Shown piece by piece: positions 8,342 through 17,471 of a stretch of DNA of 52,095 nucleotides (its first letter is position 1; every line of letters starts with the position of its first letter). The notes beneath the pieces were generated by a model. The model had not been told where the DNA came from and did no database searches. It saw only the letters and a program-made list of their open reading frames with translations. Made by a program: the position numbers and the translations under genes. Origin of the DNA: an uncultured Acidimicrobiaceae bacterium (GTDB lineage Bacteria; Actinomycetota; Acidimicrobiia; Spongiisociales; ZC4RG35); contig CAZTXD010000003.1 of assembly GCA_964617995.1 (NCBI GenBank), positions 18,470 through 70,564 on the forward strand. The letters run 5' to 3'.

Positions 8342-8965
8342 ATGTCGATCTCGGCGCTCGCCCGTTCCGAGAGGGAGGAACTGTGCGAGCTGATGGAGGA
8401 GGTGGGAGCGGACGCCCCCACCCTCAACGAGGGTTGGGCGGTGCTCGATCTCGCCGCTCACCTGGTTGCCCGCGAACACGACGTGTGGTCGGGGCCCGGG
8501 ATCATGCTGAAGCGCTCGCTGGGATTCCTCACCGAGTTGGCGATGGAGCGTCGCCGTCGTGAGGGTCTCGAATCGCTGATCGAGGTGATCCGGCGCGGGG
8601 AGCCCATCTGGTTCCGTCCGCTGCCGGCCGGGGGCCAGCTCTACGAGTACTTCCTGCACCACGAGGACGTGCGACGGGCCAGCGGACTCGGACCCCGAAC
8701 CGATCGCTCCGACCTGGATGAGGGTCTGGCGAGGCTGATTCGGATCGGGGGCCGCCTGCTGCTCAGACGGGTGGACGTGGGGGTCGACCTGGTGTGGCAG
8801 GGTGGGGTCATCCACCGTCACGGTTCCGAGCCCCGGGCCATCGTCGACGGCGCTCCGGGGGAACTGATGCTGTACATGACCGGGCGCGGCCGGGTGGCGG
8901 AGGTCACCCTCGGAGGAGACGAGACGGCGGCCGAGCGGCTGGCCGAAACCGACCTGAGGATCTGA
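8342..8965 (+). CDS. DinB/MDMPI-superfamily (TIGR03085-like, mycothiol maleylpyruvate isomerase N-terminal-like) protein
   Basis: The N-terminal pattern ER.EL..L....G.DAPTL.EGW.V.DL.AHLV.RE, a HHEDVRRA motif and the ~207-aa size fit this family. Confidence 0.6.
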   Translation: MSISALARSEREELCELMEEVGADAPTLNEGWAVLDLAAHLVAREHDVWSGPGIMLKRSLGFLTELAMERRRREGLESLIEVIRRGEPIWFRPLPAGGQLYEYFLHHEDVRRASGLGPRTDRSDLDEGLARLIRIGGRLLLRRVDVGVDLVWQGGVIHRHGSEPRAIVDGAPGELMLYMTGRGRVAEVTLGGDETAAERLAETDLRI

Positions 8966-9022
8966 GAACCGCCCGTTCGGTGCGCCTGCTGGAACCACCG
9001 ATCGGCCAGCGCGGTCGGTTCG

Positions 9023-10168
9023 TCAGCCGCCGGACACGACCAGCTCCGCCTCCCGGTCGAGGCCGTGGCTGGTCCGGGTGTCGAGGAACCCGGGAGGGAG
9101 CTTCACCCGTCGGGCGCCGCCGCTGTGGCCCCGAACCATCCGGTGGGCGGCTTCGGGGAAGGGAATCGTCGGGTCGAGGAGCGACACGAGCAGGTCGACT
9201 TCTTCCACCCCCGACACCCGGGAGAGCCTGTCGCGGATCTCCCGCCCCACCGGGAATCCCTTGAGATACCAGCTGGGGTGGCGCCGGAAGAGGTTGGTGC
9301 CGTGGCGGGGGCCGAACTGATCGACCAGCAGACGCACGTGGCGGCGCATCACCTGCCCCACCTCGCCCAATGTCGGGGCAGGCGGCGGCGGGTCACCGGC
9401 CATCACGGCTGCGAGATCGCCGAACAGCCATGGACGGCCCAGACAACCCCGGCCCACCACCACACCGTCGCAGCCGGTCTCGGTCATCATGCAAACGGCA
9501 TCCCCGGCGGTCCAGATGTCGCCGTTGCCCAGCACCGGGACGGTCCGGACGGTCTGCTTCAGCGCCGCGATCGCCTCCCATCGGGCCGAACCCGAGTAGC
9601 GCTGCGCCGCGGTCCGGGCATGGAGGGCGACCGCCGCCGCGCCCTCTCCTTCCGCCACCCGGCCCGACTCGAGATAGGTGAGGTGATCGTCGTCGATTCC
9701 CATCCGGAACTTCACAGTGACGGGTACCGCTCCGGCGTTGGCCACGGCCTCGGCGACGATCGACGCCAGCAGGTCCGTCTTCCAGGGAAGGGCGGCGCCA
9801 CCGCCATGGCGGGTGACCTTGGGGACGGGACAGCCGAAGTTCAGGTCGATGTGATCGACCCGGTGATCGTCGACGAGGATCCGGGTGGCTCGCCCCACCG
9901 ATGTCGGCTCGGTGCCGTAGAGCTGGATCGACCGCACCTGCTCGTCGGCGCCGAAACCAGCGTTGGCCAGCGTTTTGGCGTCTCCCTCCACGAGGGCACG
10001 GGCGCCGATCATCTCCGATACGTACAGGCCGACCCCGTAGTGCCGGCACAGGGTGCGGAAGGCGGCGTTGGTCACTCCCGCCATGGGGGCGAGCACGACA
10101 GGGGGGTCGACGCGGAGCGGCCCCACATGGAGACGACGGGACATGGACGTCAGGGTAGGGCGACTCAC
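9023..10168 (-). CDS. dus: tRNA-dihydrouridine synthase
   Basis: PPVVLAPMAGVTNAAFRTLCRHYG..YVSEM, DLNFGCPVPKV and ALHARTAAQRYSG are Dus family motifs. The GTG at 10168 directly abuts the upstream stop. An alternative start is ATG 10144. Confidence 0.9.
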   Translation of the reverse strand: MSRPTLTSMSRRLHVGPLRVDPPVVLAPMAGVTNAAFRTLCRHYGVGLYVSEMIGARALVEGDAKTLANAGFGADEQVRSIQLYGTEPTSVGRATRILVDDHRVDHIDLNFGCPVPKVTRHGGGAALPWKTDLLASIVAEAVANAGAVPVTVKFRMGIDDDHLTYLESGRVAEGEGAAAVALHARTAAQRYSGSARWEAIAALKQTVRTVPVLGNGDIWTAGDAVCMMTETGCDGVVVGRGCLGRPWLFGDLAAVMAGDPPPPAPTLGEVGQVMRRHVRLLVDQFGPRHGTNLFRRHPSWYLKGFPVGREIRDRLSRVSGVEEVDLLVSLLDPTIPFPEAAHRMVRGHSGGARRVKLPPGFLDTRTSHGLDREAELVVSGG

Positions 10169-10594
10169 TCAGGTCGCCGCCATGCCCCCGATCACCGACG
10201 CGTCTGACAGGTTCTGGAGCCGAACCTGGCCCCGAGCCATCAACTTTCCGTCGCCCTGGCGGGTCACCTCCACCTGCCAGAGCTGCTGGGTGCGGCCCCG
10301 GTGAATGGGTGTGGCCTCCCCCACCAGTACCCCCTCCCGGGTGGAACGCAGGAAATCGGTGGCGTTGTGGACCCCCACGCATCCCGCCATCCCCTGGTCC
10401 AACGCCCACATGGCTGCTCCCGTCGACGCCAGCGTCTCCACCAGGGTGCAGTAGACGCCGCCGTGCACGACGCCGTACGGCTGGTTGTGGTGAGGCGCCA
10501 GCGCGATCTGCCCCACCGCCCGATCGGGGCCGACCTCGGTGATCTCGATGTTGCTGTGATTGACGTAATTGATGCCGGGGTGGAGATCATCCAT
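10169..10594 (-). CDS. PaaI-family hotdog-fold thioesterase
   Basis: QPYGVVHGGVYCTLVETLAS...HRGRTQQLWQVEV is the typical PaaI/4HBT pattern. Confidence 0.8.
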   Translation of the reverse strand: MDDLHPGINYVNHSNIEITEVGPDRAVGQIALAPHHNQPYGVVHGGVYCTLVETLASTGAAMWALDQGMAGCVGVHNATDFLRSTREGVLVGEATPIHRGRTQQLWQVEVTRQGDGKLMARGQVRLQNLSDASVIGGMAAT

Positions 10595-10637
10595 GATGGC
10601 GCGACCCTACCGTCGCCCCGGTAGCCTCGGGATCGTT

Positions 10638-10979
10638 ATGGAGATAACCCGATATCAGGACGTGGCCCCCTACCAGTTCGCCGACCTGTGGTTGCGCGAG
10701 CTGTCCCCGGCGGTGATGCAGGCAGGATCCATCGCCGAGGTCACGCTGCCGATCGGGGTGCAGCGGCCTTCACGGAGGTCGAAGAAGGTCGACCGCGTGT
10801 ATGTGGGACTGGTCGGCGAGGTCCATTTCACCGTCGACGGTGAGAGCGTCCACGTCGGTCGCGGCGACGTGATCCACATCGCCGACGGCGAGGAGTACGG
10901 CTACTTCAACGGCGGGCAGGAAGAGGCGCGCCTTCTCCTGTTCCGGTCCCCGGCACCCTCGGCGCCGGAGGAGAGCTGA
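10638..10979 (+). CDS. Cupin domain protein
   Basis: VYVGLVGEVHFTVDGESVHVGRGDVIHIADGEEYGYFN is a cupin beta-barrel motif. The start is set at MEITRY (ATG 10638). Confidence 0.6.
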   Translation: MEITRYQDVAPYQFADLWLRELSPAVMQAGSIAEVTLPIGVQRPSRRSKKVDRVYVGLVGEVHFTVDGESVHVGRGDVIHIADGEEYGYFNGGQEEARLLLFRSPAPSAPEES

Positions 10980-11003
10980 CCAGCACGACGGGGTATGACG
11001 CTC

Positions 11004-11582
11004 TCAGGCGACCAACGCCACGCCGTGACGGGCGAGGAGCTTGCGGGTGGCGGGGAGAGGTAAGCCGATGATGGTGCTGGGATGGCCTTCGATGGAGGAA
11101 ACGAACACCCCTCCTCGCTCCTGGAGGGCGTAAGCACCGGCCTTGTCCAGCGGCTCGCCGCTGACGACGTAGGCGTCGATCTCGTCCTCGGTCATCGTCG
11201 TGAAGCGGACCAGCGCCGTCTCCACCAGCGACTCCACCACCAGGCGACCTTCCTCGGTCGTCGCCACCGCAACGCCGCTCACGACGTGATGGCTGTCGCC
11301 GGAGAGCCGGCGCAACATCGATCGCGCCTCGGCGGGATGAACGGGCTTGCCCATGACCACACCATTGTGGACCACCACGGTGTCGCCGCCCACCACGACT
11401 GCATCGGGAGCGGCGACGGCGGCCGCCTTGGCGCGAGCGAGACGCTCGACGTAGGCATGGGGCTGCTCGCCGGGGTGACGGGACTCGTCCACCTCCGGCG
11501 CTACCACCTCGAACTCGACGCCGAGCAACGACAACAGCCCGGCACGACGGGAGGAGCCCGACGCCAGTATGAGGCGTTTCAT
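11004..11582 (-). CDS. maf: Maf-like nucleoside triphosphate pyrophosphatase
   Basis: MKRLILASGSSRRAGLLSLLGVEFEVV..DES and DKAGAYALQE..G..FV..IEG..S.IIGLPL are present. Confidence 0.9.
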   Translation of the reverse strand: MKRLILASGSSRRAGLLSLLGVEFEVVAPEVDESRHPGEQPHAYVERLARAKAAAVAAPDAVVVGGDTVVVHNGVVMGKPVHPAEARSMLRRLSGDSHHVVSGVAVATTEEGRLVVESLVETALVRFTTMTEDEIDAYVVSGEPLDKAGAYALQERGGVFVSSIEGHPSTIIGLPLPATRKLLARHGVALVA

Positions 11583-11612
11583 CGCTTCAGTACCGGTCTT
11601 CCGTCGGGTTGT

Positions 11613-12695
11613 TCACCGTATCCTCCTCCCGGCCCGCAACGCCGCCACCGGCCGCTGGAGGGTGGCGGGATCCTCCCTGGGGTCGGCATCGTAGAAGACG
11701 GCGTCGGCCAGCTCGCCCACCTCGAACCCGGGGGACCGCCCTAGGTATCGACGCGCCACCTCGCAGGCTGCTCCCACGGCTCGTGTCGGCTCCAGACCCA
11801 GGCGGATCAAGGCTTGCACCTCTCTGCTCACGTCACCCGGCTCCGTCGCCAGGTCGGTCCCGGCCAGCACCGCCAGCTCGGGAGGAGCTTCCCGCAGCAG
11901 GCTGGAGACGTTGGCGAGCCCTTCGTGGATGAGACGACCTCCCGTCGACTCCGATCCCAGCTGTTCGCCAATGGCCTCCATCCGCAGAACGGTGGGAACC
12001 CATGCCCCTCCCCGGGCCGAGAGAGCCTCCAGGTCGTCAGGCGTCAGGAACAGGCCGTGTTCGATCGAATCCACCCCGGCCCTCACGGCCATGGAGGGAA
12101 CCTCGGGAGCCATGGTGTGGATCGCCACCCGAACATCGGCACCATGGGCCACCTGGACGGCCGCCGACAGCTGCTCCTCGGTGAAGTTGGCTACCGCTCC
12201 TCTTCCCTTCCGCGGCCAGTCTCCCACCAGCTTCACCCAGCCGCGCCCCTGCTCGGCCATCTGCAACACCCATCCCGTCAGGCCATCGGCGTCGGTCTCG
12301 ATCGCGAACCCGGGGTAGTAGCCCCCCTCGACCGCGATCATGCGTGAGGCCGCCTGGAAATCGGGTCGAACGGTGGGCGCCGCGTCGGTGAGCGTCATCA
12401 CCACCGAGCCGTCTCCCCACCCCTTGTCGACTATCAGGAAGGTTCCTCGTTCGAGGCAGGCGTATGCCCGGGTGCGTATCTCCTCTGGTCTCCCCGGCTC
12501 CATCACCAGCTCGTCCGCCGCCAAATGCGAGTGGGCGTCGACCAGGCCGGGCAGCGCCCACATCCCCGAACCGAGGTCCACGTCTCCCGGTCCCGCCTCG
12601 AGCCAGGTGCCCTGCGACGAGACGGCGAGTAGGTCGGCGGTTACCCCGCCGGGGGGCCGGAGAGCGACGAGCATCTGGACCAACGCTAACGGCAA
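11613..12695 (-). CDS. Metal-dependent amidohydrolase family protein
   Basis: PGLVDAHSHL, the IHTMAP/IEHG histidines and a C-terminal DADPRED pattern are typical of amidohydrolase_1 enzymes. The substrate is unknown. Confidence 0.7.
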   Translation of the reverse strand: MPLALVQMLVALRPPGGVTADLLAVSSQGTWLEAGPGDVDLGSGMWALPGLVDAHSHLAADELVMEPGRPEEIRTRAYACLERGTFLIVDKGWGDGSVVMTLTDAAPTVRPDFQAASRMIAVEGGYYPGFAIETDADGLTGWVLQMAEQGRGWVKLVGDWPRKGRGAVANFTEEQLSAAVQVAHGADVRVAIHTMAPEVPSMAVRAGVDSIEHGLFLTPDDLEALSARGGAWVPTVLRMEAIGEQLGSESTGGRLIHEGLANVSSLLREAPPELAVLAGTDLATEPGDVSREVQALIRLGLEPTRAVGAACEVARRYLGRSPGFEVGELADAVFYDADPREDPATLQRPVAALRAGRRIR

Positions 12696-12811
12696 CGTAT
12701 TGTGTCAGGGCGCAAGCAGGTGAGGCATCGGTTGGTGTTGGATACGGATCAACGGTCGACGTACCGCCCTCCTGTCCTCGGCGCGCCCGACGACCGGGGC
12801 GTCACTCCGCC

Positions 12812-14206
12812 GTGAAGATATCGCCTCTCCTCCTCGCGGCTGCGCTGGTGGTGACGGCGTGTGGCCCGTCTCCGTCCCCCACCACTGCCGGCGACATCAC
12901 CACCACCGGTGCCCCTGCCACGTCGACCACCACGACCGTGGCCTCGGCCGGACCCACCCTCGTCGAGTACACGGTGGCGGGCTGTCGCACCCCTCCCGTC
13001 ACATTCGCCCTCCTGTGCGACGTCTACAAGCTGATCGAACGCCACCACATCGACGCACCTGTCGATCCCGCGGTCCTGGCTGCCGGTGCAGCCCTGGGCG
13101 TGGAGGGTCACGAAGCGAGCGATGAGGGCGAGCCGATCGAGAGCTTCACCTGCGCCATCCCCGATCCGGCCTTCGAGACGATCTGCTCCCTCCTGGCGGA
13201 GCGGCTCCAGGCGGTACCGCTGGAGCTGGAGGACGCCGTCGAGGCTGGGGTGGCGTCGATGATCGCTCTCAGCCTCGACCCCTTCACCTACTACCTTCCG
13301 CCCGAGCTCTCCGGCGCCCTGTCCGAGGACGGCATCGTCACGGCCGTCGGGCTGATGCTCACCATCACCAACCAGGTCGGGTCGACCTGCACCGTCGTAG
13401 AGGGGGGTTGTCGTCTCGAGGTGGTGCTCGCCGTGCTGGACGGGCCCGGCTACGAAGCGGGGATGCGGGCCGGTGACGTCATCACCGCCATCGACGATGA
13501 GCCGGTGGCCGGCGCCACTCTCGTCGACGTGACCGCTCTCCTGGATGGGACGTCGGGCACGACGGTCACCGTGGACGTCGAGGGCGAGGGGGGCAACACC
13601 CGGTTCATCATCGAGCGGAGCGACCCGCCCACCGCCGGCCTCGAAGCGGAGCAGCCCCGGCCCGGAGTGGGTTACGTCCGGCTACCGGACTTCGAGCCTG
13701 ACATCCCCGTGTTCCTCCACACCGTGCTCGGGTCTCTCGACGAAGCGGGCATCGACCGACTGGTGGTCGATCTGCGTGACAATCCGGGCGGCTACCTCGA
13801 CGTTGCCACGCTCGTCGCCAGCGAATTCCTCGCCGACGGGCTGGTCTTCCGCAGCCTGGGACCGGCGGGGGACCTCGACTACCCGGTCCAGGATGGGGGG
13901 CTGGCGATCTCCAACGTCGAGATCACGGTGGTCGTCAACGCCGGATCCGCCTCGGCCGCCGAGATCCTGGCGGGTGTCCTCCAGGAACGGGGACGAGCGA
14001 CCATCGCAGGTGAGCCCACCTTCGGTAAGAACACGGTCCAGATAGGATTCCCTCTCAGAAACGACGGTCAACTGAGGGTGACGATCGCCCGGTGGGTTAC
14101 CCCTGACGGGGCCAGCGTGGCAGGCACGGGACTGGTCCCCGACGTCCTGGTCGACATCCCCATCGATGCCACACCCGAGGAGGTCGTGGACCTGGTGCTG
14201 GGGTAG
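12812..14206 (+). CDS. S41 family (C-terminal processing) peptidase, lipoprotein
   Basis: GTG start at 12812. The lipobox is LVVTAC, followed by a Thr/Ser-rich linker and a PDZ-like segment. The catalytic motifs are VVVNAGSASAAEILAG and PTFGKNTVQ. Confidence 0.88.
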   Translation: MKISPLLLAAALVVTACGPSPSPTTAGDITTTGAPATSTTTTVASAGPTLVEYTVAGCRTPPVTFALLCDVYKLIERHHIDAPVDPAVLAAGAALGVEGHEASDEGEPIESFTCAIPDPAFETICSLLAERLQAVPLELEDAVEAGVASMIALSLDPFTYYLPPELSGALSEDGIVTAVGLMLTITNQVGSTCTVVEGGCRLEVVLAVLDGPGYEAGMRAGDVITAIDDEPVAGATLVDVTALLDGTSGTTVTVDVEGEGGNTRFIIERSDPPTAGLEAEQPRPGVGYVRLPDFEPDIPVFLHTVLGSLDEAGIDRLVVDLRDNPGGYLDVATLVASEFLADGLVFRSLGPAGDLDYPVQDGGLAISNVEITVVVNAGSASAAEILAGVLQERGRATIAGEPTFGKNTVQIGFPLRNDGQLRVTIARWVTPDGASVAGTGLVPDVLVDIPIDATPEEVVDLVLG

Positions 14207-15640
14207 ATGATGTCTCGACGTATCCGACAGATCGGGTGGCTGTTCGCGGCCCTATCCCTGCTGGCTGCTTGCGCCGGACCCGAAGCCGAGGAAACGACTT
14301 CGACCTCGTCGGAGGCCTCCCCGGCAACGACCACCGCCCCCACCGTCGCCGACACCACCTCCACCACCACGACGGAGACCACCTCCACCACGGTCGGGGA
14401 CCGCGACTTCGAGACCGCCGCCTGCGGGGAGCTCTCCGGTGTCCTCTTGTGCGAGGCCTACGAGCTGATCCAGCGTCATTACGTAGATCCCGTCTCGGAC
14501 GCGGACCTGGTCGATGCGGCCGTCTCCGCGCTGGCGGGCGCAGAGATCCCATCCGGCACCGGGATCGAGACCTGCCCCCTGCCTTCCGGGGAGTTCCTCG
14601 CTCTCTGCGACGTCATCGACGACGCCGGCTTCGATGGCGAGGTCGCCCTCGAGGAGGCGGTGACGGGGATGGCATTTCTCGGATTGGACCCCAACAGCGC
14701 CTATTTCAACGCCGAGGCGTTGACGCTCATCGAAGAGGAGCAGTCGGGGCAGGTGGAGGGCATCGGCGCCCTCGTCGCCACCGAGGAGGAGGGATCCGAT
14801 CAGCCCAACTCGTGTCAGATCGTGTCGCCGTCGTGCCGGCTCAGGATCGTGTCGACGATAGAAGGGGGACCCGCGCAGGCCGCGCTGCTGCAGCCCGGCG
14901 ACGAGTTCCTCCGCGTCGACGGCGAGTCGATCGAGGGGTGGACCGTCGACGAGGTCACCTCGGTGGTTCGGGGACCGGCCGGTACCGATGTGGAGCTGAC
15001 CTTCCTCCGGGAGGAAGAGGAGTTCACCATCACCATCACCCGCGCTGCCATCGAGGTCCCGGTGGTGCAGTCGGAGGTGGTGGGCGAGGTCGCCTACCTC
15101 CGCCTCAATGTGTTCACCGACAACGCCGACGAGCAGCTACGGGCCGAGCTGGAGCGGATGCTGGCCGATGATCCGGCCTCCCTGGTCCTCGACCTGAGGA
15201 ACAATCCCGGTGGCCTGCTGGAGACGGCCGTGCAGGTCACCTCCGAGTTCGTCGATGGGGGCCTGGTCGTGTCCACCCAGTCACCAGAGAGCACCACCCC
15301 CTACGAGGTGCAGCCCGGTGGGGTGGCGACCGACCCCGACCTGCGGCTGTATGTCGTGGTCAATCAGGGAAGCGCCTCCGCCTCAGAGGTCGTCGCCGGT
15401 GCACTGGCCGACGCCGGGCGGGCCACCATCGTGGGAGAGAACACGTTCGGCAAGAACACGGTCCAGCAGCGATTCCCGCTCTCCAACGGCGGGGCGCTGA
15501 AGCTCACGATCGCCCGTTGGCTGACACCGGAGGGACGGGATTTCGGTGGCGACGGCATCACCCCCGATGTCACCGCCGAGCTCCCGGAGTCCCTCACGGT
15601 GCCCGAGTTGGTCGCCGCGGTGACGGGCGGCACCGCCTGA
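14207..15640 (+). CDS. S41 family peptidase, lipoprotein (tandem paralog)
   Basis: The start follows the upstream stop directly. The lipobox is LLAAC, followed by a Thr/Ser-rich linker. The catalytic motifs are VVVNQGSASASEVVAG and NTFGKNTVQ. The three Cys pairs of the upstream paralog are conserved. Confidence 0.88.
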   Translation: MMSRRIRQIGWLFAALSLLAACAGPEAEETTSTSSEASPATTTAPTVADTTSTTTTETTSTTVGDRDFETAACGELSGVLLCEAYELIQRHYVDPVSDADLVDAAVSALAGAEIPSGTGIETCPLPSGEFLALCDVIDDAGFDGEVALEEAVTGMAFLGLDPNSAYFNAEALTLIEEEQSGQVEGIGALVATEEEGSDQPNSCQIVSPSCRLRIVSTIEGGPAQAALLQPGDEFLRVDGESIEGWTVDEVTSVVRGPAGTDVELTFLREEEEFTITITRAAIEVPVVQSEVVGEVAYLRLNVFTDNADEQLRAELERMLADDPASLVLDLRNNPGGLLETAVQVTSEFVDGGLVVSTQSPESTTPYEVQPGGVATDPDLRLYVVVNQGSASASEVVAGALADAGRATIVGENTFGKNTVQQRFPLSNGGALKLTIARWLTPEGRDFGGDGITPDVTAELPESLTVPELVAAVTGGTA

Positions 15641-15669
15641 ACGGATCCGCCCTGCCGGCGACCCCGCGG

Positions 15670-16320
15670 TCACCGGCGGGATCCCTCCCGGGGATAGGGA
15701 ACACCCGTGGTGATGTGACAGTCGTAACCGTGAGGGTTCTTGGCGAGGTACTGCTGGTGGTAGTCCTCCGCGTAGTAGAAGTCCCCCAGCGGGGTGATCT
15801 CTGTGGTGATGTCGCCCACACCGGCTGCCGACAACACCTCCTGGTAGACGTCACGCGACTCCTTCGCCTCCTCGAGCTGGCCGGGGGTGGTGGTGTATAC
15901 GACCGACCGGTACTGAGTGCCGACGTCGTTGCCTTGACGCATGCCCTGGGTGGGATCGTGCATCTCCCAGAACATCGCCAGGAGATCCCGATAGTCGACC
16001 CGGGAGGTGTCGTAGGCGACGAGAACCACCTCGGCGTGGCCGGTTCGGCCACTGCACACCTCCTCGTAGGTCGGATTGGGTGTGTACCCGCCGGCGTACC
16101 CGACCGCCGTCACGTGCACCCCCGGGACCTGCCAGAAGCGTCGCTCCGCTCCCCAGAAGCACCCGTTCCCGAAGACGGCGGTATCGACGCCGTCGGGAAA
16201 GGGACCCCTCAGGGCCCGTCCGTTGACGAAGTGCTCGGCGGGAACCGTCACCGCCTCGGTCCGTCCCGGCAGCGCCTCACCCGAACCGACCATGCCTTGT
16301 TTTCCTCTGGCGAACCACAT
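15670..16320 (-). CDS. msrA: Peptide-methionine (S)-S-oxide reductase
   Basis: [43 protein letters not shown] is present. The start is chosen at ATG 16320, behind GAGGAGG. Confidence 0.92.
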   Translation of the reverse strand: MWFARGKQGMVGSGEALPGRTEAVTVPAEHFVNGRALRGPFPDGVDTAVFGNGCFWGAERRFWQVPGVHVTAVGYAGGYTPNPTYEEVCSGRTGHAEVVLVAYDTSRVDYRDLLAMFWEMHDPTQGMRQGNDVGTQYRSVVYTTTPGQLEEAKESRDVYQEVLSAAGVGDITTEITPLGDFYYAEDYHQQYLAKNPHGYDCHITTGVPYPREGSRR

Positions 16321-16425
16321 GTGACCTCCTCTGATCTTCCCACCGTTCAACAACTATGGGGCGTGTTTGGTTCCCGGCGCCGGTGTGTTCACCGATTCGT
16401 AACGAGTCCGGCGGCGCCGGTCCGC

Positions 16426-17076
16426 TCATCTCTTTCGGGCGAGGGTGAGGCCGTCGGCCACCGCCACCATCGCCACCTCGTAGCGGTCGTCGCGGGCGAG
16501 GGTCTCGTTGAACCTGCGAATGGCCTCGGTGTCGGAGCTATCGTCTTCCGGGTCGATCACCCGGCCGGACCACAACGTGTTGTCGACCATCAGCAGGCCT
16601 CCGGTACGCAGCCGCGGTGTCGCCTGCTCCAGATAGTCGAGATAGCCCGATTTGTCAGCATCGATGAACACCGCGTCGAAGGTATCGGCGATGTTTCCGA
16701 TCGTCTCGTGGGCGTCTCCCAGCACCAGCTCGACCCGATCGTCGACACCGGCCTCCTCCCACAGCCGGCGAGCGTGGTCGGTCCATTCGGCGCTTCGATC
16801 CAAACACACCACCCTTCCATCGGGCCCGACGGCGTCCGCTATGACCAGGGCACTCAGACCGAGGAAAGTGCCGATCTCGAGTACACGCCGCGCTTCGAGC
16901 GTCCGTAGAACGAAGCGCAGGAAAAGGGCCTGATCGGGGGAGACCTGCATCGACGCCCTCCCCATCCCGGCCGCCCGCCGGATGGCGCCGGCGACGGCGG
17001 GAGGAAGGGGCTCGGAAACCGAAAGGACATAGGAGAGGAGATCGTCGGACAGGGGGACCTGTTGGGACTCGCTCAC
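16426..17076 (-). CDS. Class I SAM-dependent O-methyltransferase (caffeoyl-CoA OMT-like family)
   Basis: VLEIGTFLGLSAL, the FIDADK and MVDNTLW metal/SAM motifs are present. The GTG start at 17076 overlaps the upstream stop (GTGA). The 5' part of the 337-aa track ORF is Arg-rich and overlaps the next gene. Confidence 0.85.
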   Translation of the reverse strand: MSESQQVPLSDDLLSYVLSVSEPLPPAVAGAIRRAAGMGRASMQVSPDQALFLRFVLRTLEARRVLEIGTFLGLSALVIADAVGPDGRVVCLDRSAEWTDHARRLWEEAGVDDRVELVLGDAHETIGNIADTFDAVFIDADKSGYLDYLEQATPRLRTGGLLMVDNTLWSGRVIDPEDDSSDTEAIRRFNETLARDDRYEVAMVAVADGLTLARKR

Positions 17077-17378
17077 GACTCGAGCCTCTCCACCACATCT
17101 TCCAGGAAACGGCCCATTCCCTCCGCCGGGTCGTCGCGGTCGAAGACCGGCAGGTCGGGATTCCGCTCCTGGATCTCGCCCAGGAACCCCTCTCTGGTCT
17201 CGTCGTCTATCCCGGAGCGGAGAACGACCGCGTCGAACCTCTCGTTTCGCCATAGATGGCGAAGGTCGGCGTTGGCCGTCACCCCCACGACGTCGTATCC
17301 GAGGGCTCTCGTCTCCCGGATCGTCCTGGCGAGGATCGAAGGGTCCTGCCCGACGATCAGAATGCGGGGGGTCGCCAT
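17073..17378 (-). CDS. Small CheY-like receiver-fold protein, atypical (possible pseudo-receiver)
   Basis: MATPRILIVGQDPSILARTI...FDAVVLRSGI... gives a beta1 ILIVGQD in place of the DD pocket and an Asp at the beta3 end. No clear T87 or K109 equivalents are seen, and the protein is only ~101 aa. Confidence 0.45.
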   Translation of the reverse strand: MATPRILIVGQDPSILARTIRETRALGYDVVGVTANADLRHLWRNERFDAVVLRSGIDDETREGFLGEIQERNPDLPVFDRDDPAEGMGRFLEDVVERLES

Positions 17379-17471
17379 GTAGGGCCTTTCTCTGTCCGGA
17401 TGAGCCAAAGCCTAGGACGACGAGCCTTCCGTTTCCCACGCTGGGGTGTCGTCGGTAGGCTGAATGGCTCG

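Noticed and set aside
8966-9022. An intrinsic terminator between the DinB-like gene and dus. The same question arose for the short GC inverted repeats at 42587-42622 and 43740-43764.
   Set aside because: The stems are short or interrupted by bulges, and none has a U-tract. I cannot distinguish them from chance GC-rich complementarity by eye.
16426-17439. A single 337-aa methyltransferase ORF as listed in the track. The same applies to the 580-aa (12464) and 738-aa (38049) upstream-extended ORFs.
   Set aside because: The N-terminal extensions are Arg/Pro-rich and overlap neighbouring real genes. They also precede good internal starts where family similarity or a signal peptide begins.
17379-17471. 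A c-di-AMP (ydaO-type) riboswitch upstream of the muralytic gene, as seen before rpf genes in other Actinomycetota.
   Set aside because: Only 93 nt are available. I could not find the conserved paired ACGGGGUGAAUC / CCGA...CCUCGUA-type elements. A covariance-model scan (Rfam RF00379) would be needed to exclude it fully.
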